A stretch of DNA of 63,664 bases, counting the filler, from Octopus bimaculoides (taxonomy: Eukaryota), in assembly GCF_001194135.2 (NCBI RefSeq). It is 6 parts of 6 records of this genome, joined end to end, with 100 filler letters (N's around TTAATTAATTAA, not from the genome) between each part and the next. Parts side by side here need not be neighbours in the genome. Positions count along the whole stretch, not along the records: positions 26,419 to 50,523 come from NC_068992.1; positions 50,624 to 52,610 come from NW_026375298.1; positions 52,711 to 62,355 come from NC_068983.1; 3 more parts are not named here. The stretch is one strand, 5' to 3'. Positions 48,132 through 61,240 of this stretch are shown in pieces. The stretch's first letter is position 1, and each line of letters starts with the position of its first letter. The notes under the pieces are model-generated. The model searched no databases, was not told the DNA's origin, and saw only the letters and a list, made by a program, of their open reading frames with translations. The position numbers and the translations under genes are program-made.

Positions 48132-50689
48132 NNNNNNNNNNNNNNNNNNNNNNNNNNNNNNNNNNNNNNNNNNNNNNNNNNNNNNNNNNNNNNNNNNNNN
48201 NNNNNNNNNNNNNNNNNNNNNNNNNNNNNNNNNNNNNNNNNNNNNNNNNNNNNNNNNNNNNNNNNNNNNNNNNNNNNNNNNNNNNNNNNNNNNNNNNNNN
48301 NNNNNNNNNNNNNNNNNNNNNNNNNNNNNNNNNNNNNNNNNNNNNNNNNNNNNNNNNNNNNNNNNNNNNNNNNNNNNNNNNNNNNNNNNNNNNNNNNNNN
48401 NNNNNNNNNNNNNNNNNNNNNNNNNNNNNNNNNNNNNNNNNNNNNNNNNNNNNNNNNNNNNNNNNNNNNNNNNNNNNNNNNNNNNNNNNNNNNNNNNNNN
48501 NNNNNNNNNNNNNNNNNNNNNNNNNNNNNNNNNNNNNNNNNNNNNNNNNNNNNNNNNNNNNNNNNNNNNNNNNNNNNNNNNNNNNNNNNNNNNNNNNNNN
48601 NNNNNNNNNNNNNNNNNNNNNNNNNNNNNNNNNNNNNNNNNNNNNNNNNNNNNNNNNNNNNNNNNNNNNNNNNNNNNNNNNNNNNNNNNNNNNNNNNNNN
48701 NNNNNNNNNNNNNNNNNNNNNNNNNNNNNNNNNNNNNNNNNNNNNNNNNNNNNNNNNNNNNNNNNNNNNNNNNNNNNNNNNNNNNNNNNNNNNNNNNNNN
48801 NNNNNNNNNNNNNNNNNNNNNNNNNNNNNNNNNNNNNNNNNNNNNNNNNNNNNNNNNNNNNNNNNNNNNNNNNNNNNNNNNNNNNNGTATGGACAGTTTA
48901 AATTATATAATTTATATTTAAGGCTTAAACTTTTTATCTCGATTTTATCGAATTATACATAATCGTTTTCCCGACTCAGTGTAGCTTATATATAATGTCC
49001 GTGATGTTATGTAACCCATAGATCAATCCACATCGTCAATTGACTCATGCCTGTTTAAAGGTAGTTGTTCGTTGAAGAGATTTGTTTCTTATTTTTAGGG
49101 TATGTAGCAATTAGTTATAAATTTCCTTAACAGTAGCTTATAAAACTCGTTGGGTAACCAAAGGATAAGTGTAGCAGGTATTTGATATTTAAGACTTCAG
49201 AGCATTTTACACTTAAACTAACGATGTTTATCTTCTCAAATATTGGAATCGCTTGGTACAAACAAATTATTGTGTAGGTAAAATTAGAGAAGTGACGCGA
49301 ATAAATAAACACTGGCGTTGAGGATTTGGACGTGATAGATAGAATGATAAAAATCAAGGGTGTGAGTGATTTGTGGGAATTGTGAAGGAGAATGAGTGGA
49401 GGTAAAAATGAATAAGATCAATTTAAAGAATACAAAGTAATGTGAAATAAAACTTAAATACGACAAAAAAATTTTGTGAATTACAGAAACAAAGCAGAAA
49501 CAAACGGTCTCATATTTTACGGATTTTACAATACATATTAAAGTGTCAATAATTGAGAAGTACTACAGTAATGGACGGTGCTAAGTTAAAGTATCTTTAA
49601 GTGTATCTCTCCTGTACTCTTGACATGAGATGCTATATGTTATATTACATCACATTTATTACAAGTGTTCGGATCTGTTATTTAAACCCAAAGATGGTAA
49701 GGATATGCTACTCACAACGCAGTACTTTTTATTCATTGATGCATGTGAGATTTGAACTCAAAGCCTAAATGCACTAAAGTAAATACCACAAGCATTTAAG
49801 CTATGGTTCTACTGTTAAATCCACTCACCAGTCGCACGTAAATAAATATTGATTTGTCTTCATGTCAAATCAATAAAATTCGTTTGATCTTACCGAATTC
49901 TCATTGTGATAAGTGGAAAATTAATGTTAGTCTTAACTATAAACACCTGACTCATCCTAATTAGCATTGACTATATGGCCCCCAAAATTCCAATCAACTG
50001 ATTTTATTGGGGTTATCTCTCTTGACTAAAATCTTTCAGACCCTAAACATCTTCCTAAAAAGAGAACGCGTTCGTCTACTAACTGCTACGATAATCTTAG
50101 TTGTTCAAAATATTTCCACTGGATATAGGATTCCGCATTGCATAATATATTTGTAGATACATTATATCGAAAGATAAATATATTTATTTAGGCACAACCA
50201 TGGCTGGAGCGCCTGTCAACGTTGTGATGTGTGATCAGGATTTACATGGCGTTTTCGACTCATCAATTTATTTGAAGGCATTCATATATATGTATACTTA
50301 TCCCAAATCCTGTATATATATATATATATATATATTGTTTTGCAACATAATGCAAAACGATTTATGTAAGTCTATATGTATGAATGTATGTACGTATGTA
50401 CGTATATATACATATATACATATACGTACTTACAAACATACACATGGTTGCGTGCACACACACACACATATATACATACCTACATACATTCATACATACA
50501 TACATATATATATATACATATATNNNNNNNNNNNNNNNNNNNNNNNNNNNNNNNNNNNNNNNNNNNNTTAATTAATTAANNNNNNNNNNNNNNNNNNNNN
50601 NNNNNNNNNNNNNNNNNNNNNNNAATATATCATGTATGTTCGAGAAAGGCCCTGGCGTAAATTCCGGATTCTTTTAGAAACATCCTAAT

Positions 50690-50870
50690 GATATGTCGGG
50701 GAAGAAGGAATTAATGGTTTTTTTGCCCCACTTCCCTTCCATTGCTTCTAGTGAAATTCTTCAATAACAAAGTATTGGTCTACTTCCTGTCATTAGAGGT
50801 TACTTCTCTGAGCCTTCTCTTATCTCTTGAACTCAGGGATAGCTTTTTCTGTCACAGCCAGATTTTATAG
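50690..50870 (-). pseudogene. Possible Tc1-type transposase HTH fragment
   Basis: LSSRDKRRLREVTSNDRK*TNTLLLKNFTRSNGREVGKKTI resembles Tc1 R.DQRRL.R.V..DRR.T...L......G..VS..TV. Confidence 0.45.
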
Positions 50871-51121
50871 CTGCTGTTGGCTGTCTGCGTGTCTGTCTGT
50901 CTGTCTGTCCCCCCCTCTGTCTTCTCCTCTCTATATTTCATTCTTTCCTTTGATAAACTATTGTGTGTATGATGATTAATGTAATGTTGAGTTTTACGTT
51001 CTTTCACGGTTTTTCAGGTCTTGAAAAGTCCTCCAGGGATGATCTTTTCAGCGTAGAGATACAACTCATGGCTTTTTACAATGTGACAATAGTTCGTTCA
51101 TTCGTTACCCTCTCTTACACC

Positions 51122-51196
<75 letters not shown>

Positions 51197-51936
51197 CATG
51201 TTAATCTCTCTCTCTTTATATATATATATNNNNNNNNNNNNNNNNNNNNNNNNNNNNNNNNNNNNNNNNNNNNNNNNNNNNNNNNNNNNNNNNNNNNNNN
51301 NNNNNNNNNNNNNNNNNNNNNNNNNNNNNNNNNNNNNNNNNNNNNNNNNNNNNNNNNNNNNNNNNNNNNNNNNNNNNNNNNNNNNNNNNNNNNNNNNNNN
51401 NNNNNNNNNNNNNNNNNNNNNNNNNNNNNNNNNNNNNNNNNNNNNNNNNNNNNNNNNNNNNNNNNNNNNNNNNNNNNNNNNNNNNNNNNNNNNNNNNNNN
51501 NNNNNNNNNNNNNNNNNNNNNNNNNNNNNNNNNNNNNNNNNNNNNNNNNNNNNNNNNNNNNNNNNNNNNNNNNNNNNNNNNNNNNNNNNNNNNNNNNNNN
51601 NNNNNNNNNNNNNNNNNNNNNNNNNNNNNNNNNNNNNNNNNNNNNNNNNNNNNNNNNNNNNNNNNNNNNNNNNNNNNNNNNNNNNNNNNNNNNNNNNNNN
51701 NNNNNNNNNNNNNNNNNNNNNNNNNNNNNNNNNNNNNNNNNNNNNNNNNNNNNNNNNNNNNNNNNNNNNNNNNNNNNNNNNNNNNNNNNNNNNNNNNNNN
51801 NNNNNNNNNNNNNNNNNNNNNNNNNNNNNNNNNNNNNNNNNNNNNNNNNNNNNNNNNNNNNNNNNNNNNNNNNNNNNNNNNNNNNNNNNNNNNNNNNNNN
51901 NNNNNNNNNNNNNNNNNNNNNNNNNNNNNNNNNNNN

Positions 51937-51969
<33 letters not shown>

Positions 51970-53361
51970 ACATATATATGCACAAGAGGTAACCGAATTT
52001 CGGGCTGATTAGTAGGTTCCACACTTTACTGGTATATCTAGGGCAGTACGAAGAAGTGGGGGTACGAAACCACAGGATAGGCTAGAGTACGGAATACGAA
52101 ACGGCAAGTACTGTTAATAAAACGCAGAAAACATATCACATGATACTAAATATGTTTTCTGAATTTTTATTAGTTATATAAATGTATATGTGTGTGTATG
52201 TGCATGCATATACGCATATCTTTAATAATATTAAGCAAGCGAGAACTTGATGCAAAAATGTAAATTAATAACTTTATTCAAATGCTGTATTAACCAATTC
52301 TTACTTCACGACCGTCCATTTCATCGTCTATCGAATAAGATATAAATTCGACTTCTCTCTCAGAATTCTATGATAATAATACTTGAATTTTCCGAATTGC
52401 ACCCATATTTCTACCCCACTTTCTCTCTCGAAATTGCTTAGTTAAATTTTCCATAGCAATTTCTAAATTTTTTAATTATGAGAAAACCTTTATAATAATG
52501 GGGAGTTTTAGATTGTGGCTATCAAAAGACTCGGCTACAACGTATGTGATCATGCTGTGTGTTTGGTGGAATTTTGATGGGGTGTTGCACTTAGTGCTTC
52601 TACCAGATGGNNNNNNNNNNNNNNNNNNNNNNNNNNNNNNNNNNNNNNNNNNNNTTAATTAATTAANNNNNNNNNNNNNNNNNNNNNNNNNNNNNNNNNN
52701 NNNNNNNNNNAGAGAGAGAGAGAGAGAGAGAGAGAGCGGCATATGGCACATTCTTCCGTTGAATGTTTCATAACCTAATTTATCAGCCAACGCTGTCTGC
52801 AAATGTTTTAGTAGGACGAGGAAATAGGTGTCCTATGTTATTTATCTCTTCCTACACAATTTTTCTGTTATTTGCTTGTGTGTTGTCAATTTAATTTTTA
52901 AAGTTTGTTTCCTTTTGTTTCATGGCAAGTTTGCTGTACTGTAATGTTTCTGAAAGCCGGATTCAGGGAAACAAGTCCACATCTAAATTCTTACCGCGAA
53001 ATGTTAAAAACCATGAACTTATTTTCTTTTACATCTGATTAGAATATACATTAGAAATAATTCAAAGTGAAGAATTGTGTTAAATAAAATCCTGCACGAG
53101 GATTATTTTTTTTTTAATTACATTTCTAAAAGTTCGAAAACATCGAAGCATGATTTTACCATGTAACATAATGTACAGTAAAGAAAAAATGGTCGTCAAA
53201 ATTGTGAAAATATCAATGCTTGTAATGTAATATGTCTTATATGCAGTGTAAATTCAAATATGGAAGAAAAAGAAAACATCTGGAATACTCAGTTCCATTT
53301 ATCATGATTTTCGCACAGTCTCTGGAAAAAACCGCTACAGCACTACCTACATATATAGCTA

Positions 53362-53580
53362 CAGGGTCCGACAGAAAGTTTGCCCGATTTCAAAGATTAA
53401 TATGAAACCAACACATGATAATACAAAAAAACCCCAAAAAACGATGGTTTCTACTCCAGGCTGACAAAAAAAAAAAGGCATTTAATGAACTTCATAGAAA
53501 TACAAAGTTTATTCATATATCATCTTGTGTTGGTTTTTTACTAACCTTTCAAATCAAAGCAACCTTTCCGCTGCACCCTG
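53362..53580. mobile_element. Tc1/mariner-type MITE
   Basis: TA|CAGGGT...ACCCTG|TA with imperfect TIRs of about 55 bp. Confidence 0.85.
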
Positions 53581-54199
53581 TATAAGGACCGAGGAATTGT
53601 TAAAAGAACCAAAACAAAAGTTGCATTTCATGAAGGAAAACATTAATCATGTAATTATGAAATAGTTGTATGAAATACTTAAAATACAAAAATCATAACC
53701 ATCATTTTAAATGAAATCAAGGCATTTTAAATACCTTAATAGGTTTCCATTCTCTTGTGTTAGGGGAAAAGCATGGATAAGCTTTCTTCAGAATATAAAC
53801 ACTTTTTTACGTGTTATTGAAAAAATAAATCTCACAACAAAATAGTCTCCGGGGCATCTGAATTTTTTCTGTGCTAAAGCAATTATAAGAATAATTAGTT
53901 ACAGTCCCAATGGAAGAAGTGCGGTTTAAATATTATCATAGGTAGACATAAAATAGACACTCTTCGCTAAGATGTTACATAAAATTATCAGAATAATATT
54001 CAGAAGGAAGAAATTTCGTATAAACGACCAGTATAATCCGTACAATCAAGGACAAATGAATACGTTTAAGAATTTGTTTTTCGAAATAGTTAAAGTAGAT
54101 TTTTTTTAGTGCACAATCTCAGGGCGCAGTATAATATACTACGTGACAATTTAGTTTTAAACGTTTTCGTCATTCATAATATTTTAGCAAATATGTTCA

Positions 54200-54800
54200 C
54201 GTTTGGCCATGAACATAATTATATTCTTAAGTTTATGTTTGGGATATCTCTATGAGGTAAAGCTCACAAAAGCTGTTATTTGTTTAAAGGTCACATGAAT
54301 CGTAATACGTTACAATATTATTAGATTATATTGCAGTAATATATTACAATAACATTTTGCATTGTTAAAGTCCCTCAATTTACTAGTTTCCAAACCAATA
54401 TATTTGGATAAAATTGTGTTTAACGTTATTTCAAGACTTGTAAAAGAATTTTGATGTTGATTAAATTGTTGCTTAAATGGCTCTTCAGCCAACTTAATAT
54501 AAATTTTCGAAACTGTATTGTCATTTGCAAATACATTTGTCAAAGAAATAATCGATTTCGTAAGACGGGAATCATTTAATGGAAAATTTAGTGGGGTAAA
54601 GAAATGTAAAGTTAGATATAGATGGTTTTCTTAAATATAGATATTATGTTTTATACTTCTGTAACAAAGAGTTTGAAAACTGAAGGAAAATATAAAGGTG
54701 TAGCTATAAGAAAACACTTTATGATAACTCGGAAAACATTTATGTAACAAGTCAAAGAAATGTTTAGTAATACATGCACATACATTCAGACAGTGTTATA
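54200..54800 (-). pseudogene. Penelope-like element C-terminal / GIY-YIG endonuclease remnant
   Basis: KHFFDLLHKCFPSYHK...FPLNDSRLTKSII...KIYIKLAEEPFKQQFNQHQNSF...NTILSKYI. This matches PLE CPL.G.C...YIG.TE..FK.R...H..SF....T.LS.YIW. Confidence 0.75.
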
Positions 54801-54888
54801 TTGCATTTACTCTTTTTTAAGTAACTACCATTAGATGGTGTCTCTAATGACTAATCTTATTTTGAAACGTAATTTCTTTAAAAGATTC

Positions 54889-54923
<35 letters not shown>

Positions 54924-55900
54924 NNNNNNNNNNNNNNNNNNNNNNNNNNNNNNNNNNNNNNNNNNNNNNNNNNNNNNNNNNNNNNNNNNNNNNNNNNNNN
55001 NNNNNNNNNNNNNNNNNNNNNNNNNNNNNNNNNNNNNNNNNNNNNNNNNNNNNNNNNNNNNNNNNNNNNNNNNNNNNNNNNNNNNNNNNNNNNNNNNNNN
55101 NNNNNNNNNNNNNNNNNNNNNNNNNNNNNNNNNNNNNNNNNNNNNNNNNNNNNNNNNNNNNNNNNNNNNNNNNNNNNNNNNNNNNNNNNNNNNNNNNNNN
55201 NNNNNNNNNNNNNNNNNNNNNNNNNNNNNNNNNNNNNNNNNNNNNNNNNNNNNNNNNNNNNNNNNNNNNNNNNNNNNNNNNNNNNNNNNNNNNNNNNNNN
55301 NNNNNNNNNNNNNNNNNNNNNNNNNNNNNNNNNNNNNNNNNNNNNNNNNNNNNNNNNNNNNNNNNNNNNNNNNNNNNNNNNNNNNNNNNNNNNNNNNNNN
55401 NNNNNNNNNNNNNNNNNNNNNNNNNNNNNNNNNNNNNNNNNNNNNNNNNNNNNNNNNNNNNNNNNNNNNNNNNNNNNNNNNNNNNNNNNNNNNNNNNNNN
55501 NNNNNNNNNNNNNNNNNNNNNNNNNNNNNNNNNNNNNNNNNNNNNNNNNNNNNNNNNNNNNNNNNNNNNNNNNNNNNNNNNNNNNNNNNNNNNNNNNNNN
55601 NNNNNNNNNNNNNNNNNNNNNNNNNNNNNNNNNNNNNNNNNNNNNNNNNNNNNNNNNNNNNNNNNNNNNNNNNNNNNNNNNNNNNNNNNNNNNNNNNNNN
55701 NNNNNNNNNNNNNNNNNNNNNNNNNNNNNNNNNNNNNNNNNNNNNNNNNNNNNNNNNNNNNNNNNNNNNNNNNNNNNNNNNNNNNNNNNNNNNNNNNNNN
55801 NNNNNNNNNNNNNNNNNNNNNNNNNNNNNNNNNNCGTATATGTTTATATATATATATATATATGTATATTTGTATATATGTGTGTATGCATGTATGTATG

Positions 55901-55937
<37 letters not shown>

Positions 55938-56094
55938 TCTGATCGATTTTTCCATGCGTTAACAGGTACCTCCTTGCGACAATGTAAACTTTTCTATCAC
56001 TCAAAATACCTTTGGCCTGACAAGTAGCCTGCGGCATACACCTCATTTGGATATTTACCAGATCCGACATGTCGCTCGCCATGCACTCCATTCC

Positions 56095-56420
56095 TTAACT
56101 CTTGTATGTATGTATGTATTATGTATGTATGTATGTATGTATGTATGTATGTATGTTTGTATGTATGTATGTATGTATCCGTTCTGTCGGTCTGTTTGTG
56201 CGCTTATAACTCGAGTATTGTTCATCCGATTGCGCTGAAATTTTAAACATGGGTACATGATAGAGCGGGGCGTTCCATAATCTAAAAAGATTTTCAAAAG
56301 ATCTTTTTAATTTCAAAGTGAGAATTACTATTTTGCTAATATTTTTGCCCTGTTTGTTCCGCCATTAATAGCAACCAGTTGCTCAGACAGCCGGCACATA
56401 CCATTTCATTAGCAATAAGG
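56095..56420 (+). mobile_element. DINE-1/HINE-like non-autonomous rolling-circle element fragment
   Basis: (ATGT)n followed by ctgtcggtctgtttgtgcgcttataactcgagtattgttcatccgattgcgctgaaatttt, a layout typical of DINE-1/HINE cores. Confidence 0.45.
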
Positions 56421-56552
56421 GGAGTACAAGATGACAGTCAGTCAAAACCATCGCTATGTTGCCTCTCTACTTTAATCTTAATCTTTAGTTACAGTCTCCT
56501 ATTCAAACTACGTAATAGGCAGAATTGTTGGATCACGTCAGTAAGGTATTTA

Positions 56553-56615
56553 TAGGGAGATTTGGCTGCTATTTCTACCAGCTCTAGCTACCATGTAGAG
56601 GTCTCCCTCATTGGC
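56553..56615 (+). repeat. Short dispersed repeat 'gggagatttggctgctatttctag' (also about 24590-24660(-), 40328-40375, 41170-41225, 43790-43840)
   Basis: The motif recurs at least five times in the window. Confidence 0.7.
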
Positions 56616-57300
56616 TTATACATATATATATACATAAAATCGAAATAAAATACATAAAGCAACAGGCGTCAAATACAAAAGCCAAGGTCCATGCAGTGTC
56701 ATAAGCCAAACAAATTTCCAACTTCTTGCCTAATGAGAGCCCAGAGCAATCTCTTACAGTATTTCAGTATTACGTCTGTATTGTAATGTGAGATACTGTC
56801 CTATATATGTGTATTCCTTACGTATTCCAAAACCGAGTTACGGATCTACACGTAATGGGTATCAACAGATTCAGTGCTATTTCGGCTACAAATTTAACTC
56901 AATTTCAATTCACATATTTCCATTTAAAAATTTTAACAATCTTTTCCATAAATCAACTATAGTAAACATTTTATACGATGACGTCACATTTTCTTAAAAT
57001 ACATCAATCATCACGACACACATCTTCACTCACTCACTCTATCTCTCTTTCTCACCCACTCTGTCTCTCTCTGACATACAAACGCGCACGCACGCACACA
57101 CACATACGCAAACACACACACACGTCCATTTCATATAGACGTACATACATCTTTCAATTTCTTTCTGTTCTTTCCGCTTTCTCTTCTCTTAATTTCTGCT
57201 CTTTTCAAATAAATTTATTACATATACAATCGCTTACAAAAATAGGGATTAATATTTAATTTCTTTTTTATGTTCAAGCAACTAACCACGCTACACCATA

Positions 57301-57777
57301 CACGGTGTTCCAGAATTCATTATGTGTTTGTATGAAATTTAAAATTCTTACAGAATTTTATGTATATTATCAAAATAAATACATTTATAAATCTTACGTC
57401 AAACTTTCATTGAAAGTTTTCAACATTTGTCTATCATTGCATACTTCAAATCTCTCCTTAGCGTTGTGAAACACATTTTAAAGCATTTCTGGAGTAAGCT
57501 CTGCTAACTGCACTGCTAACTGAGTATGTTCTTTATGCTCAGCTAAACGACTGCTCCATCTTGGGGATGGAAGTAATGAAAATAATTGCTGCCAAATTGA
57601 AAAAAACACTGTCATAGAAAGATAAGAGAGGTCCAACTGGAATGAAAATAAAATTATAAACAAAATTCAAAATTTATACAGTTTTATCGCACATCAAACA
57701 TGATTAACATAAATAAAATGAGTTTTAAAAAATGCATCCGATTTCACTCAAACTATCATTAATTCTGGGACACCCTG
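57301..57777 (-). mobile_element. Internally deleted Tc1/mariner element
   Basis: TA-flanked TIRs CA(C/G)GGTGT(T/C)CCAGAATT. The internal LTPEML*NVFHNAKERFEVC resembles a mariner transposase C-terminus. Confidence 0.8.
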
Positions 57778-58496
57778 TATTTACTCCTCCGACTAAACGG
57801 GGGAGGGAAAACAGAGGCGGGGGACTAATTGCAGGTGGCGAGCGTAGCTTCCGGGAGGGGACTCGCGGTCAAACTCAAATGGGTGTGAATCACAAAAGCA
57901 GTTTATTCATTTATTTTTTTGGTATGAAAATTTTGCATTATATAGTTCACACATGGTTGACATAGAAAACAGGTACGATATATATATTTACATATATATA
58001 AATATATAGTAAAGTTTCTTTGTTTATTGTATGGGCAGTAGTCAGAAGTGCTCAGATAAAAGACCCGAGACGCGAAGGTATTAAAAATGTAACCGAGAAT
58101 TTCAGATATGTTCAACAATTTAATTATACATATATTCTGCCATAGATGAATGCATCACTCGTTAAAATATGAAGACATATTAAAAATTCATGAATATGCA
58201 AATATATAAAAATCTAATATACATATCTAAATAGATGTGTGAAATTAGGTTTGAACCGCATTGTAAAAATTAATATGAATAAAAGTATGTCCCCACATAA
58301 AGTTAAATAAAGTAATGACTTCCGAGGACCGAATAAACAAACATCGTAGCGTTGAGGTTGGATTATTTGAAAAAACATATGTAAATAATATGAGAGAATA
58401 AGTAATCCTGTCTTGGAAACTGTTGGTGGTACTCCTCTTACTGTCGTTCCAGGCGTAGAGTAATCCGTAAATTTTAAGGGTATTTTCACTCCAATT

Positions 58497-58744
58497 TTTG
58501 GAGTGATCACTAGTGATCGCGATGTTATACCTCCAATCATTTCCCCCACGGCTTCACACTCAACAGAGTGGCCTACATCAACTGTCTGGAGGAGGTAGTG
58601 TTGCTCTCAGTCAAGGGAGTGGTTGCTAGAACACTATATGTCTGGTAACAGGACTCTGCTCCATACCACACAAGCAAGAAAATCAGACTTGGGTTTTGGG
58701 TTTTAGACAATTTCTGCGACCACATCACCCGTAACATCTTGCCA
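58497..58744 (+). pseudogene. maT/DD37D-type Tc1/mariner transposase fragment
   Basis: FGVITSDRDVIPP.IFPHGFTLN..AYINCLEEVVL...YVW*QDSAPYHTS...NFCDHIT.NI, including the second catalytic D. One frameshift and one stop. Confidence 0.85.
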
Positions 58745-59996
58745 TATATGTATATATATATATATATATATNNNNNNNNNNNNNNNNNNNNNNNNNNNNN
58801 NNNNNNNNNNNNNNNNNNNNNNNNNNNNNNNNNNNNNNNNNNNNNNNNNNNNNNNNNNNNNNNNNNNNNNNNNNNNNNNNNNNNNNNNNNNNNNNNNNNN
58901 NNNNNNNNNNNNNNNNNNNNNNNNNNNNNNNNNNNNNNNNNNNNNNNNNNNNNNNNNNNNNNNNNNNNNNNNNNNNNNNNNNNNNNNNNNNNNNNNNNNN
59001 NNNNNNNNNNNNNNNNNNNNNNNNNNNNNNNNNNNNNNNNNNNNNNNNNNNNNNNNNNNNNNNNNNNNNNNNNNNNNNNNNNNNNNNNNNNNNNNNNNNN
59101 NNNNNNNNNNNNNNNNNNNNNNNNNNNNNNNNNNNNNNNNNNNNNNNNNNNNNNNNNNNNNNNNNNNNNNNNNNNNNNNNNNNNNNNNNNNNNNNNNNNN
59201 NNNNNNNNNNNNNNNNNNNNNNNNNNNNNNNNNNNNNNNNNNNNNNNNNNNNNNNNNNNNNNNNNNNNNNNNNNNNNNNNNNNNNNNNNNNNNNNNNNNN
59301 NNNNNNNNNNNNNNNNNNNNNNNNNNNNNNNNNNNNNNNNNNNNNNNNNNNNNNNNNNNNNNNNNNNNNNNNNNNNNNNNNNNNNNNNNNNNNNNNNNNN
59401 NNNNNNNNNNNNNNNNNNNNNNNNNNNNNNNNNNNNNNNNNNNNNNNNNNNNNNNNNNNNNNNNNNNNNNNNNNNNNNNNNNNNNNNNNNNNNNNNNNNN
59501 NNNNNNNNNNNNNNNNNNNNNNNNNNNNNNNNNNNNNNNNNNNNNNNNNNNNNNNNNNNNNNNNNNNNNNNNNNNNNNNNNNNNNNNNNNNNNNNNNNNN
59601 NNNNNNNNNNNNNNNNNNNNNNNNNNNNNNNNNNNNNNNNNNNNNNGAATGTTGTTTTCACTGTCCAATTTTTCCTGTCTTGGTTTGTGTTTGCCACCTT
59701 GGAATCCTCTGTGTATTGGGTTGATCCACTACTCAGGAAGAAACTATTCTAGAGTACGTTCTGTCTTATCTTCGAAACGTCTAGTTAGAATAGAGACAGC
59801 TGATGAATGGATATTCCAAGTGGCTTTCAGTTTTCCTATGTGTTCGTTCCGTTGTCTGTAGTTCATTGTTCTAACGTCGTGTACCCTGATATGCATATAT
59901 ATACACATGTAGATGTAAGTATGTACATATATGTGTGTATACATGTATATATATTCTTTGTATTATTATATATATATATATATATATAAATCCAGG

Positions 59997-60277
59997 TGTA
60001 CAGAACTATATATCCATTTCTGCTGATTCTACCAATAAGTTTCGCGCCAGGGATTCAACGGAGTGTTAGGTAACAGTCCGATTATGTAACCCTGCACTCT
60101 TCATTTCATATGTAGGAGTTATGGAATGAAATAGAGCGACTGCTATATTTCATCCCATAACCGCTATGTCTGAAGAGCGCAAGGTTGCATAATCGGACTG
60201 TTACCTAATACTCCGTTGAACCCCTGATGCGAACACCATTGGTAAGATCAGCCGAAATGGATATATAATAGCGTACA
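59997..60277. mobile_element. Fold-back MITE (near-complete palindrome), TA-flanked
   Basis: Arms of about 105 bp (e.g. ttcaacggagt.ttaggtaacagtccgattatg.aacc) plus an inner hairpin ttatggaatgaaatag/ctatatttcatcccataa. Confidence 0.85.
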
Positions 60278-60832
60278 TTTCGATTAATATACTCAATGTA
60301 CTGACTGATATACAAGTTCAATTTTTCCAGATTTATGAACTCTTAGACGGCTTACGCACACACACAAACATTCACTCACTCACACACGCACACACACACG
60401 CACACACACATACACACGCACGCACACACACACACACACACTCACTCACATATATATATATAGTGTGTGTGTTCGTTTATGTTCATGCATGTGTACATGG
60501 TACATCAATAACTTTGTTGTGTCTGTTATCTTTCGGAATTACGCTGCCCAGGGAGACGATACGATCGTTTCAATGTCTTGATATTGGAAATGTGTTTCCC
60601 ATACGAGCGCTTGTGTATTATCTTTATTTCAGAATGAAATGAATATTGTCGTTTTATCGTTGTTACCATTTCCCTTAATGATATTTGGTTTCTATGTTTT
60701 GTTTCTATGATTACGTAATTTACATTACCATATAAATATATTGCTCCACTATAGACTTCTTACGTATATTATAAAAAAAAGTTTAAATTTCAAGCTAGCG
60801 ATAAAAATGTTCTTTTGTGTTATCATTAATCT

Positions 60833-61240
60833 TCTACTTGTCTCAGTCATAAAACTGCAGCCAACTTGAAGCACCGCCTCGAAGAATATTTGGTCGAAAG
60901 AAGTGACCCAACACTTATATTTCTAAAGTCTTGTATTATTATATCGATCTGTTTTGCCGAACCGCTAGGTTGCGGGGAGGTAAACACACCGGCACTGGAT
61001 GTCAAGCGGTGGATTGGTGAGTGGGGTTGGGTACAAGCACTGACAACATGACACACATGTATAGATATATACATATTTACGTTGCACTTCTTTCAGTTTC
61101 CGTCTATCAAATCCACTCAGTCGACCGTGTTTGGGCCAAGGCTATAGTAGAATACACTTTCTCAAGGTGCCATGCATGGTACTGACCTCGGAATCATGTA
61201 GTTGGGAAGCAAGCTTCTTACCACACAACCACGTTTGCAT
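60833..61240 (-). mobile_element. SINE family A
   Basis: Reverse complement of the head, body and tail seen at 18297-18691. Confidence 0.85.

Noticed and set aside
58214-58549. 111-aa minus-strand ORF with a cadherin-like TPGTTV
   Set aside because: It lacks the DxD/DxNDN cadherin motifs and partly overlaps the antisense of a mariner fragment.
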